Shown piece after piece: positions 1-9,592 of a DNA stretch of 15,585 bases. The stretch is from Paraspadella gotoi (lineage: Eukaryota > Animalia > Chaetognatha). The stretch's first letter is position 1; each line of letters opens with the position of its first letter. The stretch is from the NCBI GenBank assembly GCA_051294375.1, contig JBJCIZ010000387.1:1-15585 (forward strand). Direction: 5' to 3'. The notes under the pieces are model-generated. The model ran no database searches, had not been told where the DNA came from, and saw only the letters and a program-made list of their open reading frames with translations. Made by a program: the position numbers and the translations under genes.

Positions 1-660
1 AAATGCATATAATATACCTTGGGAATTCTACTTTTTAGCTACTAAGAATACTGAGAAATAATTACAAAACGGAAATTATTGAAGAATCAGAAAGTAAAAT
101 TCTAAAATTCACTTAACTAACATTCAGAAAAGTGAGGACGAACAACATGTATGCACTAATGAAACTCTGTATATAAAAAATTTATATTATAAATTCCACC
201 AAATTTATGCATAGACAGACATATTATACACTAGTATCAATCCATAATGTATTAACAAATTTCATATATTAGAGATTTTTTATCAATATATATTATATAT
301 CCTTCATTAAGTGGTAAAAATGCAGATAAAGCTATTTTGTAAGACTGAAATTAACTTTTAATATTAACATATAGTGCTATTTCTAAGTTTTAACCGCAAC
401 TTGTGAAAAATTTTTAACAAAATTAGGTTACTATTTTCTTATCTATCAACTTTCTATGAACGATGGTATTCAAATCTGCAATAAAATGAAGAAAATCTTA
501 TTTAATTGAAACTTTTATGTTTATAAGATATATTGTTAATAAATATAAATAAAAAATATAAAAGAATAAATTTTTTTTTTGCAAAATATGTAGATGTTTA
601 TTGATGGAATGGTTTCATAAATTTACTTTTAAAATTATTATTGGAATTTTCAAATGAAGA
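1..660. other. Very AT-rich low-complexity non-coding block
   Basis: Dominated by A/T runs, very few CpG, and no ORF in the supplied track. Composition shifts abruptly to purine-rich sequence near 660. Confidence 0.75.
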
Positions 661-1172
661 ATGATGACGAGAAAATAGGAGTCAAAGCGGAGCACACAAA
701 GGACACAGCGTAGGATTTGCAAGGAAAGTAAAAGAGAGACCAAAGAGAAGAAAAAAACAAATAAAAGGGATAAGAAAGGGAGGCCGTCGAGCGAAGCCCG
801 TCCCGTATTACTGGAATTCGTTTCTAGCGCATGAGGTCATTCGGGAAATGACCCCCCCTTCGGAGACCCCGGGGCACCCTGGTCATCGGTACCAGAGAAG
901 GTAAGCTCAGGAGGGATCACTGGCGAGAACCGACGAAGAACGGGGAAGAAGGATAATGGAAGGTAGGAAGAGAAGACATAGTTGAGGGGCAGATAGAGAG
1001 GAGGGTGACGGAAGTGGTCTGGCGTCTGGGGGAGGGAAGAGTTGATGGGGGTGATAAAGGTAAAAAAATGATGGAGTGTATTGAACACACGCGATTTTAT
1101 CCGATTAGTCAATACCCACATATATTTTGACATTTTAAGGTTATTAGATTTTTAACACACTTATCCTATATA

Positions 1173-1204
1173 CTTTGTCTCTTTCTGTCTCTCTCTCGTC
1201 TCTC
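1173..1204. repeat. Short imperfect (TC)n tract
   Basis: ctttgtctctttctgtctctctctcgtctctc, read directly. Confidence 0.7.
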
Positions 1205-1290
1205 ATAACTCCTTTTTTTATAATAATAATACCGGCCGGGACAGTTAAAAGGGTTCCGCATGGTTATTTGGTGCAGCGTGTCAGGGAAGC

Positions 1291-1300
1291 GGAGAAAGAG

Positions 1301-1332
<32 letters not shown>

Positions 1333-1378
1333 AAAGAGAGAGAGAGAGAGAGAGCAGAGAAGAGAGCAAGTGAGAGGG
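1291..1378 (+). repeat. Imperfect (GA)n microsatellite / polypurine tract
   Basis: Perfect (GA)11G at 1301-1323 inside a purine run interrupted only at 1355, 1367 and 1371. Confidence 0.95.
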
Positions 1379-3191
1379 TTAAAAGAGAGGATCGAATGAA
1401 AGAGAAGCGGGGCGAGGGTTTGCAAATGAGCTCTTGAAAATGACCGATGTAAACGGGCTTGTATATTTTTTCATACGTAGAGAAAGGCGCGATTGCGATT
1501 AATGCCATTATGTTGATTATCGATGTTGCCACAATGGAAATTCTTCAGATAATACAGAGGTAACTGAGAGAAAAGTCAGTCTCGGAATAATTAATCAGGT
1601 AATAAGAAGAGAGTAGGCACGTTATTTGAGAAAATATGATGAGTTTCAAGAGATTTTGTATGTGATGTAATATTAATAAATTATTTCGAATTATATGAAA
1701 AAATTATAGATTTATTTTTTTATTATTTTATTTATCAGGATAAAAAAAAGACGCTTCACGGTAAAAAAGTAACGAACAAGATTGAATGATTTTTCAGGCG
1801 ACAGCCTAAGGTCAAAATAGCAACAATCGTCAAGAGGATAAATTGCTGAAAATCGTCCGGCTCCAACAAAAAAGATTTGCATATAAAAATTACAGTGTCG
1901 ATCGTCCAAAGTGTATCCGATCAAAAGTGATGAGATCGTGTACCAAACTCGAAGAATTGAGCGGACTCAAACAAATCAATCCGATCAAGGAATTATTTTC
2001 GAGCATCTACGACAGAAGAACTATTGCATTTTTCCAAAAGAACAAACAAACAACTACTGACCCGACAACTCGCTAACTCTCATTGCTGTTTTCTAAAAAA
2101 ACTAGAAAGAAGACAATCGAAATGCAACGAAAGAAAAAAAACAGAGAAATAGTAGAAAGGAGAAAAACGGGGAGAGAAAGAGAAAACGAGAGAGAAACTC
2201 TAAGAAACGGTAAAGAACTTGAAGGAAAACAAGGAAGGAGGAAAACTATAAAAGAATCACAGAGAAAAACAAAAACAAGAAAAAACCAAAAGACAGAGCA
2301 TTATTTTTTTCTTATGACTAACGCGATCGCCATCCAGACGAGAATCATGGAAAATGGTCGTAGGAAACGACTTGGCATGATGGGATCTGTCGTCGTCAGT
2401 CGTCAGTCCGTCGTTGTTGTGGAAGTGACGAGTTGAGGGAGCGAAACAATAAGCGTGACGTCGTATGTCGTGGACGTCGTTGCACTCTCGAGACACGCGA
2501 GAATTCTAACGAGAACGAACAGAGAACGGTCTGCGTCATGGGCGTAGCGTCTATTCGATGTCGTTGCGTTATGCGGCTGGAAGTTGTCGCGAAATTATTC
2601 GTTGCTGTTGTGTTATCCGTTGTGTTGCGGTTCAAAAGGATTGAGGAAAGATAAACTGAAAATACCGATGAGAGGACGTGTAGTGGACACTCGAGGGACG
2701 GCGTTGTGGTCGAAAAAACCAAATAGTGACTAGTCAAAGGAATTGGACTGAACTGAACTAAAGCCTAAGGGAAAAATACTTAAATGTAAACTTGTCACAA
2801 ATTTCAGTCTTAGACTGCGCTGTGCTGATGCGGGTCGTTCGACGCTGTTATTACTAGCAAACGAACGTCATAGATGACGTTACCAGCGGAAGACCTAAGA
2901 GGCGTTCTGCTTCAATGCAGAACCTTTTTCATCGCATGCAGCGCCTTCCGGCCGCGCTGCAACGGAGTCGGAGGCGGCGAGAGCGAAGACAGAAGCGAGT
3001 GGGTGGTGGTCGTGTCGCTCCGCGCGATTCTCTCGCTTTCGAGTAAAACGAAGGTGAGGTAAACGATCCCGTGACCGTAGGGGTGATGGGATATCTGAAG
3101 AAAAAGAGTCGCGGAGCACGAGGGGGCAGAGGAAAGAGGAAGGCCCCGTAGGGTCAACAGGGCAAGGCAAGAGGCGGGTTTCCACGGTTGC

Positions 3192-3293
3192 AGAGAGAGA
3201 GAGAGAGAGAGAGCAGAGAGAGAGAAAATAAGAGAGAGAAGGAGAGAGAGAGAGAGAAGAGAGAGAGAGAGTGAGTAGAAGAGAGAGAGAAGA
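3192..3293 (+). repeat. Imperfect (AG)n microsatellite / polypurine tract
   Basis: Perfect (AG)11 at 3192-3213, then interrupted AG runs to 3293. Confidence 0.95.
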
Positions 3294-3411
3294 CCGACCG
3301 GGTTAAAAGGAAGGTCTTCCAAGCGTTGGCTATAGGTACACCTCTGAATGAAATTTTTTTGACAATACGTTCGGCAAGAACTTGTTGCAAAAAAACGATA
3401 CTCTATCCTCA

Positions 3412-3438
3412 TCTCTCTCTCTTCTCTCTCTCTCTCTC
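3412..3438. repeat. (TC)n microsatellite
   Basis: tctctctctcttctctctctctctctc with one interruption. Confidence 0.9.
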
Positions 3439-3741
3439 GAAGTCGACCGGATACTAAACAAGAAATAGTGTATAGAATGAGATTTAATGAAAGAATACTG
3501 CGGCGGTAGCGGCGGTCGCAGATAGCGTCTCCATGGACGAAAGGGTCGTGCGGTCTCAGCTAAGTAATCGCAGGTCTGTCTCTTCATCGAGTCGTCCTAT
3601 GGGATAGCTCTTCTCAGATTTCGTGACGCACATTCCGAACGCGAAGGAAGCAGAGAAAGAAAATTTCTAGATAAAAAACTGAAGTCGAATGTAAGATTAA
3701 GCGGCGAAGGCGAATTTACTCCGCCGGCACGTAAATACTCA

Positions 3742-3842
3742 CCCCTCTCTCTCTCTTCTTCCATCTAATCTCATCTCTGTTGACCTCTCGCCTCTCGTAC
3801 TCTCTCTCTTCATCCTCTCTCCTCTCGTCTCTCTCTCCCCTC
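3742..3842. repeat. Degenerate (TC)n polypyrimidine tract
   Basis: Several TC runs (3745-3756, about 3799-3809, about 3828-3837) in a C/T-dominated stretch. Confidence 0.85.
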
Positions 3843-4247
3843 ACAATCTCCCGCATAAAAAGATAAGTAAGCAAATGCTTCTGATCGCTCGCCTCTTTTT
3901 TTTTTTTTCCGATTGCCTGAATCCCAAGCTGAACTTCAACTCTCTCCCATATACTTCCTACTTTTTCTTAGTAACGGAACTTTGAGCTTTAGATTTAACC
4001 TGTTCTCCATTCGCGATCCCGCGTGCTTTACTGCGACTCAGTCCCCACACCGCGTACTCTTTCTTTCTTATCGGGAGAATCTCACTCCTATTCAATTACC
4101 CCCACCACAACTCGCCAACCACGCCAATTCCACAACACCTCTCGGTCGATTCCAAACCTCGTGTGCACCATTCGGGCCGCGATTAATAAGTTAGACGACC
4201 ACCACGGTACGACCCGGGGAGGTTTAGCGAGGGGAGACAGGCTTGTT

Positions 4248-4432
4248 TTAATTCGGAAATGCTGCAGCCGCGCTAACAGCTGCAGCTGCCGGAGTTAGTT
4301 TGGTCGACGACAGAGGCCGCGATCCAGCGGCCACTGTTTGCATTGAAGTTACATATCTCGTCGCCACCAAAGCTATCCACGCAACGGGCCATTCGGCGCT
4401 CATGAAATCTGCGTTCCAGCCCTCATCTTCGT
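4248..4432 (-). other. Candidate exon-like open frame (unverified)
   Basis: On the minus strand, TTGTCATTTTGCAG (AG at 4434-4433) precedes an open frame xEDEGWNADFMSAEWPVAWIALVATRYVTSMQTVAAGSRPLSSTKLTPAAAAVSAAAAFPN* ending in TAA at 4250-4248. No homology recognised. Confidence 0.15.
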
Positions 4433-5199
4433 CTGCAAAATGACAATTTTTATCTTGCCAATAGCCCTACCTTTACTAAAAGTTTTAGTTGGCCATTATT
4501 TAAATATTATTATTTCGCTTAGTGCTTCCAACTGTTTTTTTACCAATCGCTTCATCCCTATTTATGTTTTTTTAATATTCTATCGCTTTTCCATCACTAT
4601 TTCCAGATCTTTCACAAATTGCATTACTCACTAATTTGATTTCGACAACCGATTTTTCCATTTTTGAACGGCTCTGTCGCATGCAGAATGTTTCCACCGG
4701 CGGAATTACGCTTGTGTGATGAGTCAAATACTCAAAGAAATTTGACTATGAGTAAAATTCATCTTTGGAAATTTCGCTGAAGTTTGAAACCAAAGTGCGA
4801 AACTGTCCGAATTTTGTAATAAAATTAAATTATCGTTGAGAGAATTATTTAAAAAACTTTCTCACCATTTAATTCAAATAAACTACTTCAAAACTGTGCA
4901 TCGTATATAGTTTAAAAACACTATACTAAGTATGAGAAAACGTGATGACAGCAAAGTATTTTGACCGACAACACGAATATTCAGCGACAGAATTATTTAC
5001 AGCGCTCTCGCCACAGCCAACGCAGACGGCTACTGCAGCACGGAGCCCGCCGCGCCGCGCCGTCGCACGCTAATATACAATATGAAGGGCCTGAAGGCAA
5101 TTAGGCCGTTCAGGAGAAGGCTGATCGGTATTTCAATAGTATTCTTATTCGGCAACCTAAAGATCAAATATTCGTTGTCGTGTGTCAGGGGCCTGGCAT

Positions 5200-5304
5200 A
5201 AGGGAGAGAGAGAGAGAGAAGAAGACAGATCGCAGAGAATAGAAGAAAAGAGAGAGATAGAAAAGAAGAGAGAGAAAGAAGAGAAAGAGAGAGAGAGAGA
5301 GAGA
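5200..5304 (+). repeat. Imperfect (GA)n microsatellite / polypurine tract
   Basis: GA runs at about 5204-5219 and 5286-5304, with AG/AAG-rich sequence between them. Confidence 0.92.
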
Positions 5305-5617
5305 TGAGGCATGGCTAGACTACTATGAACCTCCGTATCAGCGCAGCCGTTCACGGTGAGCAGCCGCGCGGCGGCCCAGCGGCCTGACTCGCCTGCTTCG
5401 ATCTACTTCGCGTCGGTCATTCTACTTCTCTATTCTCTTCTTCTCCTTATCTCCCGGATCCGCGCGGCTGCAAATTCGATCCGAGCGGAGCCGCAGCTAC
5501 TGACTTACTCTTTTCTCTCTCTCTTACACTCGTCTTCTCTCTGCCTCCGAGCGAATCGATCTGGGAGTTTTTTTTTTTAGGAGATAAGGCCTTTTTGAAA
5601 ATTAAGCAAGAATTAAT

Positions 5618-5690
5618 GAAAGAAAGAAAGATATTCGGAAAGAAAGAAAGAAAAAAGAAGGAAAAAAAGAAAGAAAGAAAGAAAGAAAGA
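5618..5690 (+). repeat. Compound (GAAA)n tetranucleotide repeat
   Basis: (GAAA)3G at 5618-5630, (GAAA)4 at 5638-5653 and (GAAA)5GA at 5669-5690. Confidence 0.92.
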
Positions 5691-6695
5691 TGGAAATAAA
5701 TTAATTTAGATCAATTTTTGTTCTCTACAAGAAGTCATGAACCTTCTATGTTTATAAGATATTTTTTTACCTTAATAAATGTACTTTTCTGAAATACTTT
5801 AGCAACTGTTTGGGATGAAAAAATTATCTAAATTTACAAATAACAAAAATTACTGCATCGAGATAAACTTTCACGTAAAATGTCTCGTTTCTATTATTGT
5901 AAAATCGTTTTTAAAATATGAGGCTATCTATGGACGCCAAAAATATTGTCTCAACTAAAAACTGGCCTCGGAAAAATAAAGAGAGAGAGAAAGGGGCAAA
6001 GTCAAAAAATTATTACAATGTTTGAATTGTTTTTAACATCGTTTGTTTTCCGAATTATCTATTTTAGCTGACGACAATCAATAGGCGATAAAGAAAAATT
6101 TGTAAAAAAAAGTTTATTAACAAATTATGAGAATAAGTCAAAATAGTGAATAAATTAAACACCGTTTATATTGCTGTTGTCGATGATACAATTAAAAATA
6201 AGTTTGTGTCTAAAAAGTCTCGCAACAGTTTTTAACTTTGTCTTTTGTCTGGGAAAGCTGCCTTAGTGTTGTACTGTTTTTGAGAGGTTGCCCTATAGCT
6301 GTACCAGGCAGCCAGAATTGTTTTTTAATCATTTTTATCATTTTTAAATTATTTTTAATATAAATTTCAAATTAATTTGTATTGGTTTGTTTCAGTTGAA
6401 AAAATATTATATACCAAAGAAAGAAAGAAAAGTAGAAGAAAAAAATGAATCAAGAAATTAAAAAAAAATTAAATGTCTTGATAATGAAAGAAAATGAAAT
6501 GAAAGAAATGTAGTTACTAGTTTTTGACGCTCTAAATAAAACCGAAAATGAAAGACAACAAAATACATAAATAAAACATTATCATAAGTAAAAAATTTTT
6601 TAAAAGTTATGTTTATTTCAGTTTATTTGTAATAAATACCTAAAATGACAAATAAAGAGTGTGAGGATGATAAAATATTATATTTAAAAAAAAAT
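5691..6695. other. AT-rich non-coding block
   Basis: Rich in A/T homopolymers. The supplied track has no ORF between 5581 and 6956. Confidence 0.7.
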
Positions 6696-6766
6696 AAAGA
6701 GAAATAGAGAGCAAGAAAGCAACGGATAGAGAGAGAGCAAGAGAAAGAGCGATAGAGAGAGAGAGA
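6696..6766 (+). repeat. Degenerate (GA)n tract
   Basis: Interrupted AG runs, e.g. at 6728-6737 and 6754-6766. Confidence 0.8.
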
Positions 6767-9195
6767 TCCGGGCCCGAACCGCTCGGACATCGACCGGAAG
6801 AAGCTCGGCTCAACATCGAGAGAGAGAAAATCTCCCCGATCCGAGCGGAAGAACCGTATGTATAACTTTTACTAACAACTAATCTCTTCTAATTACTATA
6901 ATATCATCCGGTCTGTGAAAAAAAGTTTGATTTATTTGAAAAAAACAACAAAATAATTGGGTGAGGAAGAAAAGTTTGTTAATGGAAATAAGAAAAGGGG
7001 TCACCAAAAAGACACAAAATTTATTGGAGTATATATATGGATATATAGGGATGAAAACCTCCGATATACAAGCTGTAGTACAAAAATAGTTGAAGGTACT
7101 AACTCTAAGCTTCTTGAAAAACGGAATGCAAGATTTATATGGGTTAAAAAAATTGGAATTGATAATTAAAATCGACAGAAAATTATCATAATTTTTTGTT
7201 TTAAAAAAAAAGGGGTGTAGTGACCGGGTACGTGAATTCTGAATGGGTTTCCTATTCAGGGAAACTGGTTGAAAAGGTTAGAAACTGTGGGGTGTTTAGA
7301 CAAGTTTTGCGACGTATGTGGGTATGGGTAACTACATTTGCATAAACGGGCTCATTGAACGTCGAGCCGCGGGCTCGCGTATTGACAGAGAAGAAAAAAA
7401 TCGTGTGATGATAGGGTCGTTGCCCAGGGGGTTTTTTGATTAAGGCTGTGTATCGTGTAATGGAGTCGGCATTCTTTCGGAGATGTTCTTTATGTTCAAT
7501 GTTTTTCTGTGCGGGGGCGCGCCGGGTCTTGGGGGCGTCTCTTCTAAGCCCTCTCTTCTTTGGGTGCGTCGGGGGGGTTTTGGCGTTCATCCACTCTGCC
7601 AGTTTTTGTTACTAATTCTAGTGTTTAAAAACAAAAGAAAATCACCTGCGGGGAATCGTCATAGGCTTTCGTTTCTCCTCCTCTCTAACTGTATCAGTCC
7701 AAAAATGCTGGGTCCTTCGTTGGCGTTTTTTCTCTCTTTTCTTTTCTATTTTATTTTCTCTTTTCTTCTGTAGTATTTTAAAAAAAACTAAGCGCATGTT
7801 TTTTCTTTTCCTAATTTCATTTTTTTTAAAGTATCCTTTTACTTTGTCATATTATTTTCCAGGTTTGACGTAACTCTCTTGATAAAGTGCGACTCTTTTT
7901 TTTTTGTGTGGCGGGGCTGCCGCATATTCGACAACTATTTTTCCTGATTGGTGTTGGTATTTATAAATAATTAAAGCCGTCCTCATGCTTTTTCGCACCT
8001 TTATTAGGAACGAGCCTCTTGTCTGAGGAAATAAGTAGATTTTCAACCTCCAAATATAGGCACCGTATTTTATTCCTTTATTATATGGATCTATGCACGC
8101 AAATCTATGGACAAATATGTTTTGCGCTAGGATGAAGTGCATGGGAAGGAATATTCTAATTTTTTTTCAGTGAAAAGCAGCGCAGATTTCTCTTTCACAA
8201 AGTTAAACCGGAAAAAAAAAGTTCCAGCCAGTTTTCGCCGTCCCCACGGAATCAATCTCAACTAAATTTTTTTCCCGTCAGGTAAATTTTGCATATTCCG
8301 ACCCGCGACGTCATTTTTCCCTCGAAGCGCCGCGGCAATTTAGATATTAGAAATTACTCGGGATCTACCGAGCCAACAAATTTGTCGGGGAAAAAACAGG
8401 GGAGAGGAAGTGGCTAATATCTGTATACATTCCAGGCCTTTTTAAACGTGAAGGAATAAATGAGTTTTGCCGCCAACTTTCGACTTAGTGCTATAGGTCT
8501 TAACATACAATATTTCTTTTCGTAACAGACTAATTAAAGTTCCCTAGACATTACGGTTTCGTTATGTCCTTATTAACAATTTTACCTCCCTACTTACTTA
8601 CTGACTTAACTTCTTATTTCCCTAGACATACTTTTCGCATGTCCCAGTTCCAATGGAGGACTAGATCATTCCCTTTATTACCCATATTCTACGACGCTAC
8701 TAACCTTCGATTACAAAAACCGGAAAAGACGAAAAACACGCCAGAAACGGGCCACAAGGAAACGGCACTGGTTATCAGGATAGATGCTAGGCAAACAACC
8801 CTATTTTTATCCAGTGCATTGCCACATCGCCACTTGGCGATCTCAGTACCGTGTCAACGTGATCCGGTTTCTAAAATGTATATTTGTATATACTTAAGCT
8901 CAAAGTAATTAGATAGTAATTTTTCGAGACAAAATGATTTAGATTTCTTTTGGCCAAGTCTAAAGCAAAAAAATTAAAATGAGCCGAAAGATTAACATCG
9001 AAGAAAAGAATTTAATTAAGAATTCTTTTTTTTTTAAGCAGAGTCACAAATTTTAAAATATGCCTGGAAACAATTCCACAAAAAATACGATCTTTCGGGA
9101 TGATAGGAATTCCAAACCAGATAATAGAAATTTTAAATTAAATGCACCGTTACATTCCTCGTTACTCACGAGCCATGCATATTCCTGAATTTTGA

Positions 9196-9276
9196 CCTCT
9201 CTCTCTCATCTCGTGGCTCTCTCTCTCTCGGATTCTTTCTCTTCTCCTTGTCTCTCCTCTTCTCTCTCTCTCTCTC
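9196..9276. repeat. Imperfect (TC)n polypyrimidine tract
   Basis: TC runs at about 9197-9207, 9217-9229 and 9261-9276. Confidence 0.88.
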
Positions 9277-9371
9277 GTCCACTTCTCCTTAGAGGTTCCG
9301 TCGCCGGACTCGGATTTCCCGAGCGAATTCCGGTTCAAGGACGTCGTCTTCTTCGGGACGGAGGTGATTCG

Positions 9372-9395
9372 TCTCTCTCTCTCTCTCTCTCTCTC
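9372..9395. repeat. Perfect (TC)12 microsatellite
   Basis: 24 bp of perfect dinucleotide repeat, read directly. Confidence 0.95.
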
Positions 9396-9529
9396 GCCGG
9401 TTTTCTTCCTATTCTTTAGAGCAGATAAACAAATAGTCTCGAATATTCTCTAACGTCCTTGTTTTATCCAAAGCCTCCGTGAATGTGACTAGACTGAATC
9501 CAACATTCTGGAGTGATTGACTTCCGATA

Positions 9530-9531
<2 letters not shown>

Positions 9532-9578
<47 letters not shown>

Positions 9579-9592
9579 CAGAGAGAGAGAGA
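9532..9592 (+). repeat. (AG)n microsatellite
   Basis: Perfect (AG)16 at 9532-9563, then further AG runs after a phase break near 9564 and a C at 9579. Confidence 0.96.

Noticed and set aside
1166-1532. ORFs with SLSL or RERE runs (also 2912-3412, 3154-3390, 5157-5354, 9192-9722, 10787-11259, 15270-15566)
   Set aside because: They stay open because (GA)n/(TC)n tracts lack stop codons. They overlap in several frames and show no recognisable domain.
2083-2436. 117-aa K/R/E-rich ORF
   Set aside because: It is the translation of an A/G-rich low-complexity stretch with a TTG start, and has no recognisable motif.
2257-2737. Overlapping ORFs in a GTC/GTT-rich patch (T/N/D-rich on minus, V/R-rich on plus)
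   Set aside because: Explained by degenerate trinucleotide composition. No frame stands out and no homology is recognised.
4277-4288. CAGCTGCAGCTG palindrome / double E-box
   Set aside because: Only 12 bp and embedded in a GCA/GCT-rich run, so it is expected by chance without supporting data.
9330-9345. GGTTCAA tRNA T-arm or B-box-like word
   Set aside because: It lacks the closing CC, an A box and cloverleaf stems, so it is not a tRNA or tRNA-derived SINE head.
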